Source of the DNA: an uncultured Candidatus Saccharibacteria bacterium
Lineage (GTDB): Bacteria > Patescibacteriota > Doudnabacteria > UBA920
Direction: 5' to 3'
Length of the DNA stretch: 64,000 nt
Assembly: GCA_964474825.1 (NCBI GenBank)
Contig: CAYYWQ010000001.1
Location: 229,609-293,608, forward strand
Shown: piece by piece, positions 19,722-28,381 of the stretch
How positions within the stretch are numbered: the first letter of the stretch is position 1
Layout: every line of letters begins with the position of its first letter
The notes under the pieces: generated by a model
Told to the model about the DNA's origin: nothing
Seen by the model: only the letters and a program-made list of their open reading frames with translations
Databases searched by the model: none
Translations under genes and position numbers: made by a program

Positions 19722-20864
19722 ATGAATAAAAAAGCTATTGCTATTTTGGGCGCCATTTTTCTCTTAATTGTGGGGACACTGGGATTTTTAATATACTCCA
19801 AATATGGAACTAAAAAAACACCCGAAGTTGTTGTGAATGTACCAAACAACGGCGGTGGTGATCCAACGCCCTCTGTAACTCCTACTCCTGAGCCAACAGT
19901 TGCGGCTTCGGGGGCTAATAAATTATTAGACGGCCCAATAGTATCTCCGGCTTTGTTTTATAACGGTCAGGGAGTCACATATTTTGACGCAGCCGGCCAG
20001 CTCTACCAGGTTAATATTCAGCAGGGGAATGGACAACCCCAGGCGTCTTCACCGCAGCCTTTAGGTATTCAAACCAAAGCAAATATTACCAAGGTTATTT
20101 GGCCCCCCCTTGGAGATGATTTTATTACTGAGTCCGTTAGCGGTTCTCAGAAATCCTGGAGTTTTTATAACAGCAAGTCCAGAATTTACCAGGACATACC
20201 AAGCCAGGTTGTGGCTTTTGACTGGCTTCCTTCGGGACAGCAGGTTTATTATATTTGGGTGGAAAACGGCAAGGCGGCTTTAAATGTAGGTGATCCCAAC
20301 ACTCAAAATTGGAAATACATTGCTGATATGTGGGAGACAGACGATGTAATTAGTGTTTCCCCTGACGGGAAAAACATCCTTTATTATGAACAGAATACAG
20401 CTACCAGCACTAACCCAATTAACTGGTTAACTTCGGACGGGAAGCTCTGGAAAACTTTGGTTAGCACGGGAATAAATTATGGCGTACTATGGAGCCCGGA
20501 CAGCCAGAAGTTTTTGTTTGGTAAAAAAGATTCCACGGGGACCACTTACCAATTGTGGTTTTATAATTTACTGACCGGAGAAGTAGGGAATACAAAACTA
20601 AACGCGACCGTGGAGAAGGCGGTGTGGAGCAAGGACAGCCAGACAATTTATGCGGCAGTGCCAAATAGCGGCGATGCCGGAAACGGTGGCCTGACAGCTG
20701 ACATGTTTAATAAATTTAACATTGCCACCGGAGACAAAAAACAATATGACGCCGGTGCCCAGGTAATTGACGGTGAAAATTTGTTTTTAAGCAGTGATGA
20801 ATCCCTATTGTTGTTTAAAAATGCCCAGGATGGTGGTTTGTACTATTTGAACTTAAACCAGTAA
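19722..20864 (+). CDS. Membrane-anchored TolB/WD40-like beta-propeller protein
   Basis: N-terminal TM, PT linker, repeats WLPSG / VSPDGK / WSPDSQK / WSKDSQ; TGcTATAAT upstream. Confidence 0.8.
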   Translation: MNKKAIAILGAIFLLIVGTLGFLIYSKYGTKKTPEVVVNVPNNGGGDPTPSVTPTPEPTVAASGANKLLDGPIVSPALFYNGQGVTYFDAAGQLYQVNIQQGNGQPQASSPQPLGIQTKANITKVIWPPLGDDFITESVSGSQKSWSFYNSKSRIYQDIPSQVVAFDWLPSGQQVYYIWVENGKAALNVGDPNTQNWKYIADMWETDDVISVSPDGKNILYYEQNTATSTNPINWLTSDGKLWKTLVSTGINYGVLWSPDSQKFLFGKKDSTGTTYQLWFYNLLTGEVGNTKLNATVEKAVWSKDSQTIYAAVPNSGDAGNGGLTADMFNKFNIATGDKKQYDAGAQVIDGENLFLSSDESLLLFKNAQDGGLYYLNLNQ

Positions 20865-20938
20865 AAGTATATAGTAGTTAGTAGATAGCCTATTGTGGTT
20901 AGATTTTCTAACTACTATTTGCTAAATACTAACTACTT
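20865..20938. repeat. Inverted heptamer tandem array
   Basis: aagtata-tagtagt-tagtaga-tagccta, then ttttcta-actacta-tttgcta-aatacta-actactt, ending just before the radA ATG. Confidence 0.85.
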
Positions 20939-20942
20939 TTTT

Positions 20943-22274
20943 ATGCCTAAATTATCTGTAATTTTTGTTTGTACTAATTGCGGGTACCGTACTCCCCGTT
21001 GGCAAGGTAAATGCCAGCAGTGCGGGCAATGGAACACTTTGGAAGAAAAGCAGGAAATTAGAAGCGGGAAACAAGGTGCCTTAAGGGCCGCTTCTGAACC
21101 TGTTAATTTACAGGGAGTGCAAATTTCTGACCGGCAGCGTTTTGTAACCGGCATAGGGGAGTTCGACGAGGTTATTGGCAGCGGTATAGTGCCGGGCAGT
21201 TTGATTCTTCTTGGTGGAGATCCTGGTATTGGTAAATCCACTTTAGCTCTTCAGCTAAGCATGAAAATGCCGGACGGAGACGTTCTTTATGTTAGCGGCG
21301 AGGAATCTGTCCACCAAATTAAACTCCGTGCCAGCCGTATAAACCAAAAACATGAGTTGGATGTTTTAGCGGAAACAGACTTAGAAACAGTTTTGTCTAC
21401 CGTGGAAAGCCAAACACCCAAATTGGTAATTATAGATTCCGTGCAGACAATGTACAGCGAATCAGCCAGCGGCGTAGCGGGCGGAGTTGCGCAGGTGACA
21501 AACGCTGTGCAGCGCATTATGCGCACGGCTAAACAAAACCACATATCGTTCATTTTAATAGGACATGTTACCAAAGAAGGCTACTTAGCTGGTCCAAAAA
21601 CTTTGGAACATATGGTAGACACGGTTTTGTATTTGGAAGGGGAGCGGTTTGCGAGTTTCCGCATTTTGCGATGCGTTAAAAACCGTTTTGGCACTACTAA
21701 CGAAGTCGGCGTGTTTGAAATGCAAGGGGAAGGTTTAGTAGAAGTTAAAAATCCGTCGCAATTATTTTTGGGCGAAGAAAGCATAAAAGCTTCGGGCAAC
21801 GTGGTTACTTCTATTTTAGAAGGCAGCCGCGCGTTACTTTTAGAAATTCAGGCGCTTACATCGGCCTCTAACTTTGGTTATCCTAAGCGCACTACCGCTG
21901 GATTTGATGCTAACCGTTTACAATTACTTACCGCAATTTTAAGCAAACGAGCGGGCCTTAATTTGTCCAACCAGGACATTTACATAAATGTTGTAGGCGG
22001 AATAAAAATAGACGAACCTGCCGCGGACTTGGCTGTTGCTATGGCCATAATTTCTTCTTTAAAAGATATTGTTATTGAAAAAACAGTTATTATTGGTGAA
22101 CTAGGACTCTCGGGTGAAGTCCGTTTTGTGCCGCAACTGGAAAAAAGGATTAAAGAAGCGCAAAAATTAGGTTTTGAAAAAATAATCTGCCCCAAAACAA
22201 AAATCGCCGGCAAATTCGGCGACGTAGAAATAATTGGTGTTAGGACACTTGGGGAAGCTATAAAAAGTTTGTAG
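20943..22274 (+). CDS. radA: DNA repair protein RadA/Sms
   Basis: C4 zinc finger (CTNCG..WQGKCQQC), GDPGIGKST, KNRFG, Lon-like C-terminus. The annotated upstream extension is repeat DNA. Confidence 0.97.
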   Translation: MPKLSVIFVCTNCGYRTPRWQGKCQQCGQWNTLEEKQEIRSGKQGALRAASEPVNLQGVQISDRQRFVTGIGEFDEVIGSGIVPGSLILLGGDPGIGKSTLALQLSMKMPDGDVLYVSGEESVHQIKLRASRINQKHELDVLAETDLETVLSTVESQTPKLVIIDSVQTMYSESASGVAGGVAQVTNAVQRIMRTAKQNHISFILIGHVTKEGYLAGPKTLEHMVDTVLYLEGERFASFRILRCVKNRFGTTNEVGVFEMQGEGLVEVKNPSQLFLGEESIKASGNVVTSILEGSRALLLEIQALTSASNFGYPKRTTAGFDANRLQLLTAILSKRAGLNLSNQDIYINVVGGIKIDEPAADLAVAMAIISSLKDIVIEKTVIIGELGLSGEVRFVPQLEKRIKEAQKLGFEKIICPKTKIAGKFGDVEIIGVRTLGEAIKSL

Positions 22275-22282
22275 AAATGGAT

Positions 22283-22441
22283 CAGGGGTCAATCTTGGCG
22301 CGTATCCACCTTGACTGACCCCTGTGCTTTGGATTTGGTGATCTCCCGAACACCGTGTCCTTAGCAATAGTGGGCTTCAAAGCGCCCAAGTAAGATTATA
22401 CGCTGACAAGACAATGTCAGGCCGGCGGGAGAACCGACAAA
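22283..22441. other. Structured intergenic element (candidate ncRNA and/or terminators)
   Basis: Stem caggggtca...tgacccctg (22283-22324); long-range pair tctcccg...cgggaga enclosing a tgggc...gccca hairpin. Confidence 0.4.
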
Positions 22442-22464
22442 CTTACTTTGACACATTGAGCTTT

Positions 22465-22842
22465 TTAAGCGAAGGCAGTCTGAGAGAAGTCCTGGTTTGT
22501 TGCCGCGTCGGCATTTTCTTGGCAGGGAGTACAATGCTTCGCCCAAGGAATTGCATTCAACCTCTTGGTGCTGATGTCCTTGCCACAGTGGACACAGACA
22601 CCAAAGCCTCCTACCTCCATGCGAGTTTTGGCCGCCCGTACCTCTCTTAGGGTTTTTGATGCCTCATTCAGGTTTCGGATTTCCAGATCTCGCTCAGTGC
22701 TTTCACGTGCTGTGTCTTCATCGGGAGGGTGTCTGCCGTCGTCAGGGACTGTAATTCCCTCCCTATTTCGGACTGCCCGAGTCAGCTCTTGTTCTTTTGC
22801 GTCAAGAGCTTTTGCAAAGTTCTTCAACTCCGTACTTGTCAC
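22465..22842 (-). CDS. TraR/DksA C4-type zinc-finger protein
   Basis: Coiled coil followed by FGVCVHCG..I...RL.AIPWA.HC..CQ; GTG start with SD aaaggga. Confidence 0.9.
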   Translation of the reverse strand: MTSTELKNFAKALDAKEQELTRAVRNREGITVPDDGRHPPDEDTARESTERDLEIRNLNEASKTLREVRAAKTRMEVGGFGVCVHCGKDISTKRLNAIPWAKHCTPCQENADAATNQDFSQTAFA

Positions 22843-22933
22843 TTTTCAAATCCCTTTCTAGAGAATTTTTCTGGGAGAATCGCACAACGAAAGAGGGCTA
22901 TTGCTAGCTTAAGCCCTCCTTAAGATTGGCGTT

Positions 22934-22962
22934 ATTATAGTGAAAAAAATGGTAAAAGTCAA
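22934..22962 (-). promoter_or_regulatory. Sigma70 promoter of the TraR/DksA gene
   Basis: TTGACT-N17-TATAAT on the minus strand. Confidence 0.75.
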
Positions 22963-23003
22963 TTAAAAATAGCTTATGTGTCTAACCTAAGCTATTTTTA
23001 ATT
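22961..23003. terminator. Inverted repeat downstream of recG
   Basis: aattaaaaatagctta...taagctatttttaatt. Confidence 0.6.
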
Positions 23004-23012
23004 TAATTAGAA

Positions 23013-25100
23013 TTATTCAAAATGTATGACCTTGTCTTTTATTTTTTCTTTTAAGAGCGGGTAGTTATTCAATTCCAAATCACCTTTTAATATTTTTAAA
23101 GCTTCTTTGCGGGCTGGCTCAATTAACGAAGTGTAGGCCGGGGAAAAATATTTAAAGTTCCAACCGGATTGGGAGGAGCCGTAAATTTCGCCAAAGCCTC
23201 TTTGTTTTAAATCTAGTTCTGCCAGTTCAAAGCCGTCTGTAGTTTTTGTAAAATTTTCCAGGCGGTTTAGGGTTTCTTTTTGGGCATCTGTAAGAGGCAT
23301 GGCAACCGCCGTAGGCTCACTTGGCGCGGTAGGAAACAGGAAACAATAGCTTTGGTGCTCAGCACGCCCAACGCGCCCGCGGAATTGGTGTAATTGGGCC
23401 AGGCCAAACCGCTCCGCGCCTTCTATTAGCATAACCGAAGCATTTGGCACGTCTACGCCGACTTCTACCACAGATGTAGAAACCAAAATTTGGATTTTAT
23501 TTTCCAAAAATTCTTTCATTACATCTTCTTTTTCTTTGCCTTTTAAGCGCCCATGCATTAGGCCAATTTTGAATTGCGGAAAAAGTTTTTGTAAAATTTC
23601 AACTTCAGTTTTGGCGGCCTTTATGCCTAACTTATCACTTTCTTCAATTAAGGGGGTAATTACAAATACCTGCCTGCCTAATAAAATTTGCTCCTTAATA
23701 AATTTGTAAGCCTTTGCCCTGTCCTCGGCTTTTACTAATTTGGTAATTATGGCCTTGCGCCCCAGAGGCTTACTTTTAATTTGGGAAATTTCCAGTTCGC
23801 CATAATATGCCAACTGCAAAGTGCGGGGGATTGGAGTCGCGCTTAAAGAAAGCAAATGGGGGACCTTCCCTTTTCGGTTCATTAGTTCAGCCCGTTGCTC
23901 CACGCCAAAGCGGTGCTGCTCGTCAATAATTACCAAGGCCAGATTTTTAAATTTTACTTTTTTTTGCAAAAGCGCGTGTGTACCAATATATAGCCCGGGC
24001 ATTCCGTCTTGAATTAAGGCCTGAAGTTTAGGTTTACTAATTTCCTCACTGTTTATTTTAGAATAGGAATTGGTAATCAGCCCGATTTTTAATTTAGCAT
24101 TGGCAGATTTTAAAAATTTTGAGGCAGTTTGGAAATGCTGGTTGGCTAAAATTTCAGTTGGGGCCAAAAGTGCCACTTGGTATTCGCTAGTAATTGCCTG
24201 CAGTGCCGCCATAAGGGCCACTAAAGTTTTGCCACTGCCAACATCGCCTTCCAGCAGCCTGTTCATTGGTTCCGGTTTTTCCAAGTCCTGTAAAATTTCC
24301 CAGGCGGCCTTTTTTTGCCAGGAAGTTAATTGAAACGGCAGGGAATCCACAAAAGTTTTTATAAGTTCCTGGTCAAATTTTACGGCAAAAGATTTTTTAG
24401 CCTTAAGCTTTAACTTGTATTGCTGGGCTAATAGCTGGTTATAAAATATTTCTTCAAAAGCCAGTCGTTTTTTTGCTTCTTCTACGTCATTATTACTTTT
24501 TGGGAAATGTGAAAATTCCGCGGTCTGCTCTAAATTTAAGATTTTTTGGTTTTTTATAATAGTTTCGGGTAAAGTATCTACCAGCTGTGTTAAAGCGGGT
24601 AAAGCCGAAGCCACTAAATTGCGGAAAGTTTTAGGGTAGATTTTTTGGGAAAGATGGTATAACGGCACCAACCGGGCGGTGTGGACAGGGAAGTCTGAAA
24701 CTTTTTCGTACAGCGGATTTGTCAGCTGTAAAGTGTTTTTGTAATAGTCAGGAGCGCCGGCAAGGAAAACCTCGTCGCTCACTTGTAAATTGTTGGCAAT
24801 ATAGGCCTGGTTAAACCAGGTTACTTTAAGCGAACCGGTTTCGTCAGACACCACGGCTTCCGCAAGCGACATTCTGCTCCTAAAAGAAAACCGGCTGGAA
24901 ATATTTTTTATAGTTACGTGTAAAGAAATATTTTCACCCGCAACAATGTCTTTTATTTCTACCACTTTGGAAAAATCCAGGTAGCGGTAGGGGAAATGTA
25001 AAAGCAAATCCCGGACCGTTTTGATTCCAAGGTTTTTTAAAGCCGCAATAAGCGGCTTTTGGGTTTTGGGTAAATTTTCTATCGGGTCTTGGAGCAGCAT
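23013..25100 (-). CDS. recG: ATP-dependent DNA helicase RecG
   Basis: MNRLLEGDVGSGKT, IIDEQHRFGV.QR, SATPIPRTL, ERFGLAQLHQ.RGRVGR. Confidence 0.97.
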   Translation of the reverse strand: MLLQDPIENLPKTQKPLIAALKNLGIKTVRDLLLHFPYRYLDFSKVVEIKDIVAGENISLHVTIKNISSRFSFRSRMSLAEAVVSDETGSLKVTWFNQAYIANNLQVSDEVFLAGAPDYYKNTLQLTNPLYEKVSDFPVHTARLVPLYHLSQKIYPKTFRNLVASALPALTQLVDTLPETIIKNQKILNLEQTAEFSHFPKSNNDVEEAKKRLAFEEIFYNQLLAQQYKLKLKAKKSFAVKFDQELIKTFVDSLPFQLTSWQKKAAWEILQDLEKPEPMNRLLEGDVGSGKTLVALMAALQAITSEYQVALLAPTEILANQHFQTASKFLKSANAKLKIGLITNSYSKINSEEISKPKLQALIQDGMPGLYIGTHALLQKKVKFKNLALVIIDEQHRFGVEQRAELMNRKGKVPHLLSLSATPIPRTLQLAYYGELEISQIKSKPLGRKAIITKLVKAEDRAKAYKFIKEQILLGRQVFVITPLIEESDKLGIKAAKTEVEILQKLFPQFKIGLMHGRLKGKEKEDVMKEFLENKIQILVSTSVVEVGVDVPNASVMLIEGAERFGLAQLHQFRGRVGRAEHQSYCFLFPTAPSEPTAVAMPLTDAQKETLNRLENFTKTTDGFELAELDLKQRGFGEIYGSSQSGWNFKYFSPAYTSLIEPARKEALKILKGDLELNNYPLLKEKIKDKVIHFE

Positions 25101-25105
25101 ATGAA

Positions 25106-25182
25106 TGGTGCACCCGGCAGGGATCGAACCTGCGACCTTTCCCTTCGGAGGGGAACGCTCTTATCCACTGAGCTACGGATGC
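25106..25182 (-). tRNA. tRNA-Arg(CCG)
   Basis: GCATCCGTAGCTCAGTGGATAAGAGCG-TTCCC-CTCCGAA-GGGAA...GGTTCGATCC...GGGTGCACCA. Confidence 0.96.
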
Positions 25183-25216
25183 CGGTAGGGTGGCAGGTGG
25201 TCAAGATAGGATATAT

Positions 25217-25690
25217 TTAAAATTTAAACCTGTGGGTAATCCTTTGTATTGGGGTTTCCCGGCTTTCCTCATGTTCAGGCAAGTGCTTTATTAAAAACAT
25301 CCGGACAACTTCGGGATCTTGGTCTTCTAGTTCCAGTATCATTATGTTGTTAAGTAAAGCGGTGGTGTGTAAATTTAAAGTCTTATGGTTTTCGTTATGG
25401 ACAACCCAGAAGTGCTTGATTTGTTTGTAAGGAAACCGCAGGTTTCCAAAATGAACGCCTCTATTATTTAGTTCAATAGGAACTATTTCCGGTGTTTGGC
25501 GGGCGAAGAAAAAAACAAATCCCGAAATTATGGCCAAACTAACAGCGGCAAAAAAATCCCGCTGAATAATGAAAAATACAACTACCATTAGGCTAATACA
25601 TGTTAGAGTAATGTACCAGCCCGGATTTTTAGGATAATGCCTAAATTCCGGAGCCTCCCATGAAATTGTTGTTTGGTTTTCTGAGTCCAT
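25217..25690 (-). CDS. Conserved CPR membrane protein (two TMs plus PH-like domain; DUF5673-like)
   Basis: Start at MDSENQ (the longer ORF overlaps a tRNA); ISWEAPEF....K...WY; two TMs. Confidence 0.75.
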   Translation of the reverse strand: MDSENQTTISWEAPEFRHYPKNPGWYITLTCISLMVVVFFIIQRDFFAAVSLAIISGFVFFFARQTPEIVPIELNNRGVHFGNLRFPYKQIKHFWVVHNENHKTLNLHTTALLNNIMILELEDQDPEVVRMFLIKHLPEHEESRETPIQRITHRFKF

Positions 25691-25714
25691 AAGTTTGAAA
25701 GACCTTGATTTTTT

Positions 25715-25804
25715 TGGCGGAGGCGAGAGGATTCGAACCTCTGAAGGACGTGAGCCCTTAACGGTTTTCAAGACCGTCCCGATAGACCGCTCCGGCACGC
25801 CTCC
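25715..25804 (-). tRNA. tRNA-Ser(TGA)
   Basis: GGAGGCGTGCCGGAGCGG...ACGGT-CTTGAAA-ACCGT, long variable arm, GGTTCGAATCC, CCA end. Confidence 0.96.
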
Positions 25805-25861
25805 AAAGTATCTTTAATTTATTATAACACTTTATGCATCGTGTGACAAAATTTTTTACCT

Positions 25862-25889
25862 ATCCTCCTTCGCTAAGGCTTCGGAGGAT
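25862..25889. repeat. REP-like palindrome
   Basis: atcctcc-ttcgctaaggcttc-ggaggat. Confidence 0.5.
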
Positions 25890-25922
25890 TGCTCTCTATG
25901 TTTATTATTTAATGTGGGCAAC

Positions 25923-25954
25923 AAAAACAGTCCACCTCTAGAATGGACTGTTTT
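25923..25954. terminator. Intrinsic terminator
   Basis: aaaacagtcca...tggactgtttt. Confidence 0.7.
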
Positions 25955-26045
25955 ATATATGGGTTTCAAAGCTTCCGTGGACTGTCATCCTGATTTAAAG
26001 AAATAAAGAGGGTCTTTATTTCTTTGGTCAAAATATCAGTAGTTG

Positions 26046-27251
26046 TTAGTTCCCGCAGGAGTTGTTAGGGCATTGAGGCGTGGGATCTTCTATAATTAGC
26101 CCGCCCACTGCGGCGTTAGGGTCTGGAAGTATTATTAAAGTCTGAGGGCTGCTGCTTTCTAAGGTTGAAGAGGCGGAAGGTTTTTTGTCTGTTGCTACAG
26201 TGGAGGTGGAGCTAACGGCCACAGAGGTTCCTTTGACTTCCCCGTCCAAATTCGTCTGGGCCGCTAAGCTGACTTGGCGAAGTAAAAAGCCGGTATCGGT
26301 CTTGTCTCCCAAAATAGTTACGTTTTGGTTAATTTTTAAGTCACGGGAATTTATTACAGCATCCTCGTCGTTTTTGATTAAAGTAGCCTTGGTAAATGTA
26401 TAAATTTGTCCGTTAACAGTAAGAGTGTTGTAAGTTAACTGGGTGATTTTACCTGAAATAACCACGGCCGAAGGGTTGGAATTTAAAGCCGCAAGCGCTT
26501 GGTCGTTGCTTGCCGCGCCTAAATACTCGTCTATAACAGCTAACTTGGTCGCATTTTCTTTAGCTGCTGAAAGCACGGTTTTGTCTACGCTTGAGTCTTT
26601 ATTGGTTTCTAGTTTTTTAAGCAATGCCTGTTGTTTGGAAGTAATGGTTTGCAGGGAAGCAATGAGCGGATGGTCTTGGTTTATAGCATGTGTTTCTGTT
26701 TCGTTGGCTTTGTTTAAGGCGTTAATGGTATTTTGGGTTTCCGCGCCGAGTTCATTTAAAGCCGCTACTTGTTTTTCTGGATCATTTTGGGAATTTTCCA
26801 AAGCCGCCTGCACGTCGTCAATGCGTTTTTGGGCAATGGCGATTTGTAGGTTTATTTTTTCCTGCGGACTGGATGCTAACTGTAGTTGAGCATGTTCCGC
26901 GGCCTTTTTAAGACTAAAAAAAGTATCACCCGGCCTGCTGGAAGATGCCGCGAAACCGGCGCTTACTCCGGCTATTATAAAAATAAAAACAGAAGCGCCC
27001 ACCACAGCCAAGCGGGAAAAACGTATCCAATGGAGGAAAAGCGATTTGGCCGGGGCAAAAACATATTTTCTTTGCATGGCCGGTTCCGGTACTGCTTTTT
27101 TTGGTAAAGTCTTAAGCAGGTTTGCTATTTGGAGCAGGGGACTGAGTTCTTTGGAATGCAGCGGCCACTTTGAAAGTATTTCGGCCTGGGATTTTCCCTG
27201 GTCGAGTTGCTCAACAGCTTTATTTAATATTTCGTCAAAATTTTCGTTCAT
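26046..27251 (-). CDS. Putative anti-sigma factor (TM, DUF5667-like helical domain, DUF5666-like OB domain)
   Basis: Overlaps the ECF sigma stop; S.PGD.FF.LKKA.E motif; ISGKIT.....LTVNG beta domain. Confidence 0.75.
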   Translation of the reverse strand: MNENFDEILNKAVEQLDQGKSQAEILSKWPLHSKELSPLLQIANLLKTLPKKAVPEPAMQRKYVFAPAKSLFLHWIRFSRLAVVGASVFIFIIAGVSAGFAASSSRPGDTFFSLKKAAEHAQLQLASSPQEKINLQIAIAQKRIDDVQAALENSQNDPEKQVAALNELGAETQNTINALNKANETETHAINQDHPLIASLQTITSKQQALLKKLETNKDSSVDKTVLSAAKENATKLAVIDEYLGAASNDQALAALNSNPSAVVISGKITQLTYNTLTVNGQIYTFTKATLIKNDEDAVINSRDLKINQNVTILGDKTDTGFLLRQVSLAAQTNLDGEVKGTSVAVSSTSTVATDKKPSASSTLESSSPQTLIILPDPNAAVGGLIIEDPTPQCPNNSCGN

Positions 27252-27834
27252 TGTCTAAATGTTGTTTAACTAGTTCTTGCAGTTTAGTTATGGCGCGGTG
27301 TTGTATGACTCTTATTGCGCCTTCGGTTTTATGCAATAATTCTGAGATTGTTGCGTTTTCTAAATCTTCAATAAATTTTAATTTAACAACCATTTGCTGT
27401 TCGCTGGTTAGTTGTTTTAACAGCTTAAGCATTAATTGCTGGTCTTGTTTTAAATCCACCGACTCAACAATATTAGATTCGTATTCCAGGGTGTTTTCGA
27501 TTTCATCTAAAGCAACATCTACCTTTTTTTCACGGTAGTAATCTATAACCATGTTTCGCGCTATCTGGTAAAGCCAGCCTTCAAACGAATCGCCGCCTCT
27601 GGCAGAGCCAATTTTTCCAAAAACTTTTAAAAACACTTCTTCCGCCAAGTCTTCGGCCACTTGCTTGTGGCTTACGCGGAAGTAAATAAAACGGTAAATT
27701 TTTTGGAAATAAAGATTGTAAATTTGCCCAAAAGCCACTTGGTCGCCGCTCTTGGCCTTGTCAAAAACCTCATCAGAAACCCTTGAATTGGGTTCTTTTA
27801 AAGCGCTAAATATAAAGACGGAATTTAAGTCCAT
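27235..27834 (-). CDS. ECF (sigma-70 family) RNA polymerase sigma factor
   Basis: AEDLAEEVFLK, WLYQIARN..IDYYR, region 4 EISELL....GAIR..QHRA..KL. Confidence 0.93.
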   Translation of the reverse strand: MDLNSVFIFSALKEPNSRVSDEVFDKAKSGDQVAFGQIYNLYFQKIYRFIYFRVSHKQVAEDLAEEVFLKVFGKIGSARGGDSFEGWLYQIARNMVIDYYREKKVDVALDEIENTLEYESNIVESVDLKQDQQLMLKLLKQLTSEQQMVVKLKFIEDLENATISELLHKTEGAIRVIQHRAITKLQELVKQHLDNERKF

Positions 27835-27981
27835 TTGTTACAAAGAAAAGGTTTATTAAACAATAAAACGGCAAATTGTCAAAATTGATTAAAATATCGC
27901 CGCAAAGACGGCGATATTATTCTAACATATTTTAAATAATTCTAAGTGATTTTTCTAAAGGTAAAGCTTTTAAACTATCTG

Positions 27982-28092
27982 CCCCTCGACTTCGCTCGGG
28001 ACACTCGACTCGCTTCAATTATAGGATGGTTGAGGCCTTTTAAGGGCCGAAACCACGAGCAAGCTTTGATGTTAGTCAAAGCGAGTCGAGTG
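27982..28092. repeat. REP-like multi-hairpin element abutting the tRNA-Ser 3' end
   Basis: cccctcgacttcgctcggg; 14-bp inverted repeat cactcgactcgctt (28002-28015) / aagcgagtcgagtg (28079-28092) enclosing two hairpins. Confidence 0.65.
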
Positions 28093-28182
28093 GCGGAGAG
28101 GGGGGGATTCGAACCCCCGAAAGGTTTTGACACCTTTACCGGTTTAGCAAACCAGCGCACTAGGCCTCTATGCGACCTCTCC
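28091..28182 (-). tRNA. tRNA-Ser(GCT)
   Basis: GGAGAGGTCGCATAG...CTGGT-TTGCTAA-ACCGG, long variable arm, GGTTCGAATCC, CCA end. Confidence 0.96.
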
Positions 28183-28267
28183 GGGTGAATGTAATATTTA
28201 AGAATTGCTTTGTCATTTTAACAAAGTTTGGAATTTCTGACAATGCTCCTTTGTTTGAAATAAATCA

Positions 28268-28308
28268 CCCCGCGAAGCCTACACATGCTTTGTGTAAACT
28301 TCGCGGGG
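28268..28308. terminator. Strong hairpin downstream of the xylose isomerase-like gene
   Basis: ccccgcgaag...cttcgcgggg. Confidence 0.65.
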
Positions 28309-28381
28309 CTGTCGTTTTGCGTTAACGATAACGTTGCCTGCCTAGCCGGCAGGGAGTATGCGATTAACGTACGTCGGAGGA

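Noticed and set aside
7631-20864. Integrative conjugative element or prophage
   Set aside because: No integrase, relaxase, att repeats or phage structural genes; composition matches the core genes.
20895-20942. N-terminal extensions annotated for radA (and likewise htpX, mreD, folD, frr, holB)
   Set aside because: They translate intergenic repeat or promoter DNA; family similarity begins at downstream ATGs.
22410-22441. SRP RNA (tcaggccgg resembles helix 8)
   Set aside because: Lacks the GNRA loop and AGCAG motif; kept only as an unassigned structured element.
25691-25798. 5' extension of ORF 25217..25798
   Set aside because: Overlaps tRNA-Ser(TGA); the real start is probably 25690.
27946-28188. 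ORFs 27946..28188 and 27975..28160
   Set aside because: They are translations of tRNA-Ser(GCT) and the adjacent palindromic element.
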